A stretch of 64,000 nucleotides of DNA, from contig JANXWS010000088.1 in assembly GCA_025351005.1 (NCBI GenBank), positions 8,648 to 72,647 of the forward strand. Reading direction: 5' to 3'. Made by a program: the position numbers and the translations under genes. Positions within the stretch are counted from its first letter, which is position 1. The number at the start of each line of letters is the position of its first letter. The DNA is from Pseudomonadota bacterium (GTDB lineage Bacteria; Pseudomonadota; Gammaproteobacteria; Steroidobacterales; Steroidobacteraceae). Below the pieces are notes generated by a model. That model did no database searches, was not told the DNA's origin, and saw only the letters and a list, made by a program, of their open reading frames with translations. Below are positions 18,740 through 26,567 of the stretch, one piece after another.

Positions 18740-20198
18740 TGTTTGGGCTTTCCGGGTTCCATTGGATGGGTCTTTTAGGGTCCGTAGTCTGGCGCCCCGC
18801 CAGGGGCGGCAGAAGCTCCGGATCCATCGCCCTGACAGGGTGCCGAAGTCGCGGTCGCTGGGGCTTTTGGCTTGCAACCATCTTCGACCGAGGAATCGGC
18901 GTGCCGTCGGTTCGATGGGTCGTCGGAAGGGTGACCGTCCGAGCCTCCCGACGAGCCTGGTTCTCGCGCAGGACCTGCAGTGCATGGCTGAGCCGCTTGT
19001 TCTCGACAACGGTGCCTTGCTTGAGCACTTCGGGGTCGGGCCTTCCCGAGGTGCCGTAGAGTGAATAGTGCAGTGCCTGACCAGCGACGCGAATCTCGAT
19101 GCGCCCGTCCGGGTACTGAAACACATCCACGTACTTGCCGATCAGGCGCCGGTTCGCCGCGGTGTCTCGCAATACGTACAGCCTGCGCTCGTAGTGCAGG
19201 GTCAGATTCTGACTCACCTTGCGCGGCTCCCGGCACGCAAAGATCAAGTCCAGGTCTTCCTCCGGGCGCACAGGACGATGCGCGTCGTGCGGGTCCCGCG
19301 GGACCTTGGCGAACTTCCTGTTATGCGTCTCAATGAAGGTCGGCATCAGGGCGTTCGCGGCCTCGATGCTCGAGATACCCGCCAGCCTCAGCTCTTTCAC
19401 CAAACGATCCTGCAGCGTCAGGTGCGCCCGCTCGACGCGACCTTTAGCCGCTGGCGTGTTGGCGCAGATCCCATCGATGTTCAACTCGTATAGGGCCCTG
19501 GAAAACTGCGTGTGCCCGCAGCCATTGACTGCTCCCGGCCGGTTGACCCGGAAGATGCTGGCCTTATCACTGTACAGTGCCAGCGGCTTGCCGTAGCGGC
19601 CGAGATACTCGCGCAGTGCCTCGAAGTACGTGAACGTCGACTCCGTGCGAGCGAACTTCAGCCACATCAGTCGGCTCGTCGCGTCATCGACGAACACCAG
19701 TGCCGTGCACATCGACGCGCGTTCTTCGAACCAGGCGTGCTCACAGCCATCAATCTGGATGAGTTCGCCCACACAGGCCCGACGCGGCCGCGGCTGCTGC
19801 ACCTTCGGTGGCCTGAGCTTGCGCGGGATCCAGAGCCCAGCCGCGACCTGAATCCGTCGCACCGTCTCCTTGGCCAACACGATCTGGTGGCGTTCGGCGA
19901 GCTTCTCCATGGCCAGCGTCGGCCCAAAGTCCGCATACTGATCGCGCAGGATCCGCGCCACTTGGTTCTCCAGGTCCTCCTGGATCCTGCGGTTGCTGGG
20001 CTTGTGACGTCGGCGAGAGGTGAGGCCGACCGGACCTTCGATCCGATACCGCTTCGCCAAGCGTCGCACTTGCCGCGCGCACAGACCGAGACGCTCAGCC
20101 GCGAGACCCGCGCGTAGCTCGCCGGCTACAACCGCTTGCATCACCTTCAGCCGATCGAGCTCCCGCATGCTCATCGTCACCGTGGCTTGCTGATACAT
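18723..20198 (-). CDS. DDE (rve/integrase-core) transposase, ISNCY-like
   Basis: N-terminal HTH region (MSMRELDRLKVMQAVV...). Candidate DDE triad in IQIDGCEH, LALYSDKASIF and AKGRVERAHLTLQDRL. ATG at 20198 (MYQQ...); alternative starts at 20210 (TTG) or 20174. Confidence 0.85.
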   Translation of the reverse strand: MYQQATVTMSMRELDRLKVMQAVVAGELRAGLAAERLGLCARQVRRLAKRYRIEGPVGLTSRRRHKPSNRRIQEDLENQVARILRDQYADFGPTLAMEKLAERHQIVLAKETVRRIQVAAGLWIPRKLRPPKVQQPRPRRACVGELIQIDGCEHAWFEERASMCTALVFVDDATSRLMWLKFARTESTFTYFEALREYLGRYGKPLALYSDKASIFRVNRPGAVNGCGHTQFSRALYELNIDGICANTPAAKGRVERAHLTLQDRLVKELRLAGISSIEAANALMPTFIETHNRKFAKVPRDPHDAHRPVRPEEDLDLIFACREPRKVSQNLTLHYERRLYVLRDTAANRRLIGKYVDVFQYPDGRIEIRVAGQALHYSLYGTSGRPDPEVLKQGTVVENKRLSHALQVLRENQARREARTVTLPTTHRTDGTPIPRSKMVASQKPQRPRLRHPVRAMDPELLPPLAGRQTTDPKRPIQWNPESPNTDIST

Positions 20199-20250
20199 GG
20201 ACGCTCCCAAAGCCCAAGCGCTTGGAGCATCCGCCGTCCGCCGGCAGGGG

Positions 20251-20293
20251 CGGACATCTGTATCTAGCCAGAACCGGACATCTCTACTTAGCC
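20251..20293. repeat. IS right-end terminal repeats (two units)
   Basis: CGGACATCTGTATCTAGCC (20251-20269) and CGGACATCTCTACTTAGCC (20275-20293). The reverse complement of the outer unit matches 18721-18739 at 17/19 positions. Confidence 0.75.
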
Positions 20294-20486
20294 CCTATAA
20301 GCTCATTTACCATAATATACATTATATGAAGTTAAATTTTCGTGGCGCGGTGCAGCAAGCGTCGGCGCTGACAGGCTGTAACGCCCATGTGAAGCGGTCG
20401 CGCGATGAGCCGAGTCGGCGGTTGACCTCAATCGTGTAGCGTTGAGACGACCTAGGGCGCCCAAGACTGCATAACGCGGAGGTCGC

Positions 20487-21191
20487 ATGCGCTCGGATCT
20501 CGCAGCTGCCCGCGCCATCGCCGCGCTGCTCGTGCTGCAAATGGCATCTTCGTACGTCGTCAACTTCGTAATCCCGGAACCGCTGACTTCGGCAGCCGGC
20601 GGGCTGCTCGCGACGGCAGCTTCGCACCCGGAACGCGTTGGCACCTGGGTGCTGACTGGGCTTGCCTCATCGTCGCTGCATGTCATCGTGTTCATCCTTG
20701 CCTGGCCGGTGCTCGCGCGGAACAGTGTCCGGCAAGCGGTCGCACCACTCGCTTTTTCGATTGCGGGACTCGCGGTCGTTGCCGTGGAATACATTGGTAG
20801 CCTTTCGGTCCTGTCGCTGAGTGTTGCACTAGCCGCAGATCCGGCGGCCCACCGCGATCTGTACGCAGGTCTAGCCCTGCTCGCCCGCTCGGTGCGAAAT
20901 TGGGCGCATTTCACCGAGCTCACGTTTTCCGGTGTGGCACTGTTGTTTTTCTACGGCGCGATGCTTCGGAGTCGACTCATACCGACGCCGCTCGCCGCAG
21001 TGGGGCTTCTGGCCGTTGGCCTGCAACTCGCCTCCATCACGAGACCGTTTTTCGGCGGGGAGGTATCGTTTCCGATGCTGGCGCCGCTTGGGCTTTGTCA
21101 ACTTGCGCTCGCGATCTGGCTCGGGCTGCGCGGCTTTCGCGCAGCGCCCGCCGCGCTTCGCGAGGCGCCGCCTCGGGCCATTCCGTCCTGA
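20487..21191 (+). CDS. DUF4386-like integral membrane protein
   Basis: About 6 hydrophobic segments. Overall pattern (N-terminal AALLVLQM..., C-terminal LIPTPLAAVGLL) resembles DUF4386 proteins; assignment from memory. Confidence 0.55.
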   Translation: MRSDLAAARAIAALLVLQMASSYVVNFVIPEPLTSAAGGLLATAASHPERVGTWVLTGLASSSLHVIVFILAWPVLARNSVRQAVAPLAFSIAGLAVVAVEYIGSLSVLSLSVALAADPAAHRDLYAGLALLARSVRNWAHFTELTFSGVALLFFYGAMLRSRLIPTPLAAVGLLAVGLQLASITRPFFGGEVSFPMLAPLGLCQLALAIWLGLRGFRAAPAALREAPPRAIPS

Positions 21192-21257
21192 CGCCACTCG
21201 GAGTCTCTCGTGCGCGGCGTCTCGCGATCGTCCGTCGCGTCCCTGACTCTGGCCGGA

Positions 21258-21776
21258 TCAATGATGCGGTGTCGACTCGCGCACGTGCTCAACGTCGTGC
21301 CATTCCATCGCGTCCGGCCCGTGGTCCGAGACTTGGGCATCAAACCAAGCATGGAGTGACTCCACAAGGCGGGCGCTATCGGTTCGATACCCCAGTTCGG
21401 CGCCGCCGTCGACGTCCCGATAGCTGATTCGGATCTCGCCAGGCCTCGCGGCTCGGAGCGCAGCCAGTCCAGGCATCTCGGCCCCGTGCACATGCGCCGG
21501 TCCGGCGAAGTTCCCGCTCGAAAACTGCGCCTGAATCTCACGCAGGTGCTGGCGCACGAGTCCGGTCTGGACGGCATCGGCTGTATTTTTCGCGGTTACT
21601 CTTTGCGTTCCGCCGGTGGCTGTCTTCATAAAGACGTGCATGGTCTCGTGCAACTTGAACGGCATCACATCGCCGCCGCGCGCGGCGACCTCCGCTTGGC
21701 GCTGCTGTCCTGCGGCGAGTGGCACGCCGCAAACAATCGCTGCCAGCGCGTACGTCCACGGGGAGATCCTTGCCAC
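21258..21776 (-). CDS. Hypothetical exported protein with His-rich C-terminus
   Basis: GTG at 21776 gives a signal-like N-terminus VARISPWTYALAAIVCGVPLAA. 21 nt downstream of the MFS gene stop, same strand. No recognised domain. Confidence 0.45.
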   Translation of the reverse strand: MARISPWTYALAAIVCGVPLAAGQQRQAEVAARGGDVMPFKLHETMHVFMKTATGGTQRVTAKNTADAVQTGLVRQHLREIQAQFSSGNFAGPAHVHGAEMPGLAALRAARPGEIRISYRDVDGGAELGYRTDSARLVESLHAWFDAQVSDHGPDAMEWHDVEHVRESTPHH

Positions 21777-21796
21777 AAGAGTCCGCTTGGCTGACG

Positions 21797-23077
21797 TCAC
21801 AACCGTCGTCGCTCGAACCGCATCAGCAGGCCGGTCGCGACCGTCGTCATGAAGCCGATCGCCACCAGCATCAGGAAGACGGAATTCAGGCCGGACGTCT
21901 GCTTGATCCAGGCGATGAGAGGTTCCTGCACGATCGGGCCGATCGATCCGCACCCATTGATGACACCGGCGGCAACCGCCGCCTGGCGCCGGCTACCGAT
22001 ATCCATTGCGCAGGCACCGGAAAGCAAGGCGTCCGGACCCAACTGGGTGAAGCCGATCAGGCCCAGCAACGCGACAAAAACGACGGGTGACGACAGTCCG
22101 ATGAGCCACATCAACGTCGTGAATACCAAGCATCCGCAAGTCATGTAGAAAATGACCGGCGTTCGGCGCGAGCCGGGCATGAGATCGGACCAGTAGCCTC
22201 CGGCAATCACGCCCAGAAAGCCGACCCAGTCAAACGCGGTCGACAGGTAGGCGGCGATTTCCGGTGACAACGCGAAATGCTCGCCTAGGATTAGCGCCGA
22301 CCAGCTGTCGAGCGCGTAACGCAAGAATTTGAAGCCGAAGTAGATCAGGCCCATCGCGCCGATCGATGAGACGAAGCCGGCTGGCAGCGGCGCTGCAGGC
22401 ACGCGCGCGGCGCCGCGCGCGGCTGGATTCGGACTGTCCGGCTCGGCGTCGTCCTCGAGTGAGAGGCCAACGGCTTGCGGCCGCTCCCGCGCCAGCAGGA
22501 CGAACGCGAGAGTGAGCAGAAAAAGCAGAATGCTCGAGCCGAAGAAGGACCAGGCCATGCCGAGCCAGCCAAGCAGCAACCCGGCCAGCCCCTTCCCGGC
22601 GACCGCACCGAGCTGGTAGCACGTGCCCCAGATGCCAAACAAGGTGCCGCGCTCGGAGCGGCGGGTCCAGTTCGCGAACAACGCCACGTTGTGCGACCAG
22701 CCCGTCGCCTGCGCGAATCCGTGAATGCCCATCGTGATGCACATCCACGTGAACACGCTCGCCCGGTGCGAGTCGACCAGGAAACCGAGGGCGACGTTGC
22801 ACGCTGCCGCTATGGTCATCCCGCAAGCCAGCACGCGCCGGCTCTCGACATGACGTCCCAACCAGGCCGCGAGGAACTGGCCCAACATGTACGTGATGAG
22901 GTAAATCGTCCACGGGGCGGCGATCTGCTCATCGTCGAAACCGAACTTCAGCTTGAGCGGCTGTTTGACGACCGCGTAGACCTTTCGGCAGAGGTAGAAG
23001 CCGGCGTACGAGAGCCAGGTCGCAGCGAACAGCTGAGCGCGGTAACGGCGTAGCAGCGCGGCATCTGCTGGCCTCAA
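21797..23077 (-). CDS. MFS transporter, organophosphate:Pi antiporter (UhpC/GlpT-like) family
   Basis: 12-TM protein. N-terminal RAQLFAATWLSYAGFYLCRKVYAVVK resembles sugar-phosphate antiporters. Confidence 0.8.
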   Translation of the reverse strand: MRPADAALLRRYRAQLFAATWLSYAGFYLCRKVYAVVKQPLKLKFGFDDEQIAAPWTIYLITYMLGQFLAAWLGRHVESRRVLACGMTIAAACNVALGFLVDSHRASVFTWMCITMGIHGFAQATGWSHNVALFANWTRRSERGTLFGIWGTCYQLGAVAGKGLAGLLLGWLGMAWSFFGSSILLFLLTLAFVLLARERPQAVGLSLEDDAEPDSPNPAARGAARVPAAPLPAGFVSSIGAMGLIYFGFKFLRYALDSWSALILGEHFALSPEIAAYLSTAFDWVGFLGVIAGGYWSDLMPGSRRTPVIFYMTCGCLVFTTLMWLIGLSSPVVFVALLGLIGFTQLGPDALLSGACAMDIGSRRQAAVAAGVINGCGSIGPIVQEPLIAWIKQTSGLNSVFLMLVAIGFMTTVATGLLMRFERRRL

Positions 23078-23775
23078 GGAAACGACCTGTTCGTGAGGTC
23101 AACGGTACCCGTGGCCAGTTCGTCCCAGAACCGTGGCGGCAACGATTCGTAGTCCGGAGCGGTGGCGCTCGCCAGCGAGGTCAGCTCCGGGATCTCGGTC
23201 GCGCAGCAGGTGATGAACATGGAACGCATTCCGGCGACGCGCGCGGCGACGAGTCCGGCTCGGCTATCCTCAAAGACAAGCGAGTCGGCCGGAGCCGCGT
23301 CCAGGACGCGCGCCGCAAGCAGAAATCCCTCGGGATCGGGCTTTCCCCTGCTGACGGAGTCGGCGCCGATTCGGGCGCGCGGGCCAACGCAGTCGCCGAT
23401 ACCGAGCCTGCCGACGAAATAGTCGATCACCGACCGCGGGCTCGAGGAGACGACGGCGATCTTCAGCTTGGCGGCCACCGCAGCGCGAATGGCCTGCGGC
23501 GCGCCCGGCACGGCCTTCACGTCCGCTACGGCACCGTCCCAGTACGAGAGCATGGCCGCGGCCAGCTCGGCGACCGGTGCGTCGATGCCGGTCCGCGCGC
23601 GGACGGTCTCGGCGATGTGCGCCCAGGTCCGGCCCCGGGTCTCGCGGTGAGGCAGACTGACTCCTGCGACCCCGTACCGCGCCGCGACCGCGCGGATCGC
23701 CGCGTCGGTGTGTACTTCGGTGTCGATCAGAGTGCCGTCCAGGTCGAACAGCAATGCTGTAACCGGTCTTGCCAT
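23074..23775 (-). CDS. HAD-superfamily hydrolase (beta-phosphoglucomutase/phosphatase-like)
   Basis: Motif I LLFDLDGTLIDTE near the N-terminus when started at ATG 23775. Motif III/IV GKPDPEGF ... VFEDSRAG. 4-nt overlap with the downstream MFS gene. Confidence 0.8.
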   Translation of the reverse strand: MARPVTALLFDLDGTLIDTEVHTDAAIRAVAARYGVAGVSLPHRETRGRTWAHIAETVRARTGIDAPVAELAAAMLSYWDGAVADVKAVPGAPQAIRAAVAAKLKIAVVSSSPRSVIDYFVGRLGIGDCVGPRARIGADSVSRGKPDPEGFLLAARVLDAAPADSLVFEDSRAGLVAARVAGMRSMFITCCATEIPELTSLASATAPDYESLPPRFWDELATGTVDLTNRSFP

Positions 23776-24214
23776 GCCGGCGGCAAGTTGATCTCCACGG
23801 TCAGTGCCTTCGCTCGCCACGATTCTCCTCGAACCCGATCTCAGGCACCGGCCACTGTTAAGTGCCTCGGCGAACGGTAATCGGTCAATCGACCGGATGT
23901 CTTGTGCTTGGACCGCGGGACCTCCGGCCATGAAACGGAATGCCGGTCCTCCTGTGCTCCCGGCAGCATCCTAGTCCATATGCGGCCGGTGAACGGGCTC
24001 CGTCAGTGGCGAGTCCGCCGCTCGGCGACCGGGCAGTCGGGTGGCGCGGTGAGCGGCTCGCAGCCCCGAATGTCGAAGGGTCGTGATTGTCCCTTCCGGC
24101 GGCGACAGCGGCCCCCCGGGGATCAGCCACCGCCCGGCAGGGAATCCGAGCGTGACAATTCCGACTACGTTTCGCGGGGGCTGCCTGTCCGGCGCCGTGC
24201 GCGATGAACGGGGC

Positions 24215-24237
24215 GCCCGCCGGTCTGATCGGCGGGC
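24215..24237 (-). terminator. Hairpin (possible terminator) after the small exported-protein gene
   Basis: Perfect 8-bp stem GCCCGCCG/CGGCGGGC with a 7-nt loop, 15 nt downstream of the stop at 24252. No U-run. Confidence 0.4.
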
Positions 24238-24251
24238 ACCTGTATCGACGA

Positions 24252-24590
24252 TTACTTGCCGATCTCCTTGCTGACCGCGTTCTCCTGCTGGTTCAGCGTC
24301 TTCTGTTCCTGCTTCGTGATGTGGCCACCGTTCTGGCTCGCCATCAGCTTCTCCTCGGTCCGGATCTGGCGGTCCTGCTTGTGCAGGTTCGCAGCCTGGC
24401 CCTTCGTCAGCTCGCCTTCCTTGACCTCGGTCTTGATGCGGGCATTCTGGTTGGCGAGGCGGTCGTTGACCTGGTCGCGACGCGGATGGGTCTTTTCCCA
24501 CTTGGTCTCGGCCAGCGCCGAGCTCGCGACACCGGCGAGTGACAGGGACAACAGCGAAACGGTCAGAATCTTGCGGGTCGAATTCAGCAT
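24252..24590 (-). CDS. Small exported Lys/Gln/Glu-rich protein, unknown function
   Basis: Signal peptide MLNSTRKILTVSLLSLSLAGVASSALA. AGGAGA Shine-Dalgarno before the ATG at 24590. Low-complexity helical mature part. Confidence 0.6.
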   Translation of the reverse strand: MLNSTRKILTVSLLSLSLAGVASSALAETKWEKTHPRRDQVNDRLANQNARIKTEVKEGELTKGQAANLHKQDRQIRTEEKLMASQNGGHITKQEQKTLNQQENAVSKEIGK

Positions 24591-24958
24591 GGCGGTCTCC
24601 TGAGCTGCTTGGTTTCTGGTCGGCCGTGTCGCCGAGAGCGCTGACACTGGAGGGGTAGAACGTCTCAGGAGGGCCGGCGCCGACACGGGTTAAGGGCTCT
24701 TAACTTCGGCCCCCTGCGGGCTTGAGACCCTGGTCACATATCGCCGGAGGCGGCGAACCGGACCGCCGCGAATCGCTGAGCCGGGTCGCCGGGCTTGCCC
24801 GGCGGCGTCGCTCTCACCGGTTGACGGGCGGCCGTCGGCGCCGGTCCCGGGTGGTCCGCTCCTTGTATAGACTGCCGCCGACAAGCCAGAGGGCTGGTCG
24901 TCAGTTGACGTCCCGGCCTCGCCCCGTTCGAAGCAACTTCCCCTGCCGTAGGTCGCGA

Positions 24959-25696
24959 ATGCCTTATTTCATCCTCTCGGTGATGGTCCAGGTGGCGCTG
25001 GTCGTCCACGTGATCAAGACCGGCCGCAACACCATGTGGATCTGGGTGCTGGTGTTGCTGCCGATGGTCGGCACGCTCGCCTACGTCGTGGTCGAGATCC
25101 TGCCGGCGCTGCTGGGCTCGCGGACGGCCCAAGGTGCGTTTAGAAGCGTGCGTCGCGCCATCGATCCGAACCGGGAACTGCGGCAGGCGAGCACGACGGC
25201 CGCCATGGTCGACACGGTGGCGACCAAGGCACGACTCGGCGCCGAACTCAGGCGACGTGGCGACTTCGCGGCGGCGATCGAGACCTACCGGTCCGGTCTT
25301 CGCGGCCTCTACGAGCACGACCCGACGCTCCTGCTCGGCCTGGCCGAGGCCCAGTTTGCCGCCGGCGACGCGTCCGCGGCCCGCGCGAGCCTCGATACCC
25401 TGATTGCGCACAACCCGGACTTCAGCTCCGCAGACGGCCACCTGCTGCACGCGCGGGCGCTGGAGGCCGAGGGCGACCTCGCCAAGGCCGAGTCGGAGTA
25501 CCAGGCCGTGTCGGCCTACTTTCCGGGCGCAGAGGCCAAAGTTCGTTACGGACAGCTGCTGCGCAAGGCCGGCAAGGCGGAGGCCGCGCGCGCCACGTTC
25601 GACGAGGTACTGAAGATGGCCGAGCTCGCGCCGCGCCACGTGCAGCGTGCCCAGGCGGAGTGGATCGCGCTCGCGAAGCGCGAGCTCGAGCGCTGA
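24959..25696 (+). CDS. Membrane-anchored TPR-repeat protein (PLDc_N-like N-terminal TM pair)
   Basis: N-terminus MPYFILSVMVQVALVVHVIKTGRNTMWIWVLVLLPMVGTLAYVVVE (two TMs), followed by TPR-like helices. Start re-picked at ATG 24959. Confidence 0.65.
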   Translation: MPYFILSVMVQVALVVHVIKTGRNTMWIWVLVLLPMVGTLAYVVVEILPALLGSRTAQGAFRSVRRAIDPNRELRQASTTAAMVDTVATKARLGAELRRRGDFAAAIETYRSGLRGLYEHDPTLLLGLAEAQFAAGDASAARASLDTLIAHNPDFSSADGHLLHARALEAEGDLAKAESEYQAVSAYFPGAEAKVRYGQLLRKAGKAEAARATFDEVLKMAELAPRHVQRAQAEWIALAKRELER

Positions 25697-25719
25697 CAGC
25701 GAGCCCTGAAGGCCGCCCC

Positions 25720-26169
25720 CTACTCCAGGCAGACGATCAGCTTGGCCGAGTGGCTGCGCCAGTTCAGCGGAATCACGAACGGCCGCGCTTCGACCGGCGG
25801 CCAGAACTTGCCGCCTTCAGGCTCAACGACGGAAGGCGCCGAGATCTGGAATTCCCGGCCGAAGTCGCGACGGGCGTTGCCCGAAATGGTGTTGGCCACC
25901 TCGCCCACGAGGTCGCGGATGTTCGCATCCCCGGTGTCGGTCTCGTGCATCCGCATCAACAGCACCATCAGCATCGAGCGCGGCGCGGTGAAGCAGACGG
26001 CTCCCTTGCGCCGGCCGGACACCGTGATCACGCCCAGGTAGTCGTAGGCGGCCGGCGCGCCATCGGTCACCAGGTACGGCGCGCCAACCTCGACCGCCTG
26101 GCCAGCGGACACCGCGAAGTAGCGGACCGTCCCGTCGATAAACGTCCGGATCTCGCTTTCGGTAAGCAC
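25720..26169 (-). CDS. CheX-like chemotaxis phosphatase
   Basis: About 149 aa. The pattern GVITVSGRRKGAVCFT ... DLVGEVANTISGNARR is typical of the CheX/CheC-like fold. Last gene of the signalling operon. Confidence 0.7.
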   Translation of the reverse strand: MLTESEIRTFIDGTVRYFAVSAGQAVEVGAPYLVTDGAPAAYDYLGVITVSGRRKGAVCFTAPRSMLMVLLMRMHETDTGDANIRDLVGEVANTISGNARRDFGREFQISAPSVVEPEGGKFWPPVEARPFVIPLNWRSHSAKLIVCLE

Positions 26170-26171
26170 GG

Positions 26172-26552
26172 TCAGCCGTCCTTCAGCAGCTCGCTGAGGG
26201 CCTCGTTGAGCTCGCGCTCCGTGAACGGCTTGCAGAGGAAACCGTTCGCGCCCCGGCTGATGGCCTCGACGGCCGTCGCCTTGTCCGCGAGCGCGGAGAT
26301 CACAAGGATCAGGAGCGCCGGCTTGAGTGCCACCAGCTGTTCGACACAGTCGATGCCGTCCATTTCCGGCATCGTCAGATCCATCGTGACAACGTCCGGG
26401 TCGGTCTGCGCGAACAGCTCGAGCGCCTCGCGGCCGTTGGCCGCGGAGCCGACGACCTGCAGGCGCTCGATCTGCTGCGAGCGTTCGATGCGCCGTCGGA
26501 TGATGTTGGAGTCGTCGACGATCATCAGCTTCAGAGTGCGGGCGGCATGCAT
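26172..26552 (-). CDS. CheY-like single-domain response regulator
   Basis: Receiver motifs LMIVDDS, DVVTMDLTMPEMDG, LVISAL, FLCKPF; 126 aa. Confidence 0.9.
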   Translation of the reverse strand: MHAARTLKLMIVDDSNIIRRRIERSQQIERLQVVGSAANGREALELFAQTDPDVVTMDLTMPEMDGIDCVEQLVALKPALLILVISALADKATAVEAISRGANGFLCKPFTERELNEALSELLKDG

Positions 26553-26567
26553 GGCGGCTGCCCGGTC

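Larger units (their letters stand above)
18696..20293 (-). mobile_element. Insertion sequence, ISNCY-like (IS1202-group-like) with one intact DDE transposase gene
   Basis: Two ~19-bp terminal repeat units at each end in inverted orientation, bracketing a single rve/DDE transposase ORF. The left boundary could be 18696 or 18721. Family assignment is from memory of ISNCY transposase sequences. Confidence 0.75.

Noticed and set aside
18681-20310. Target-site duplication flanking the IS (AGCTCTGTTTC on the left versus AGCTCATTTAC 7 nt beyond the right end).
   Set aside because: Only 8/11 positions match, and the copies are not positioned symmetrically relative to the termini, so this is not convincing as a TSD.
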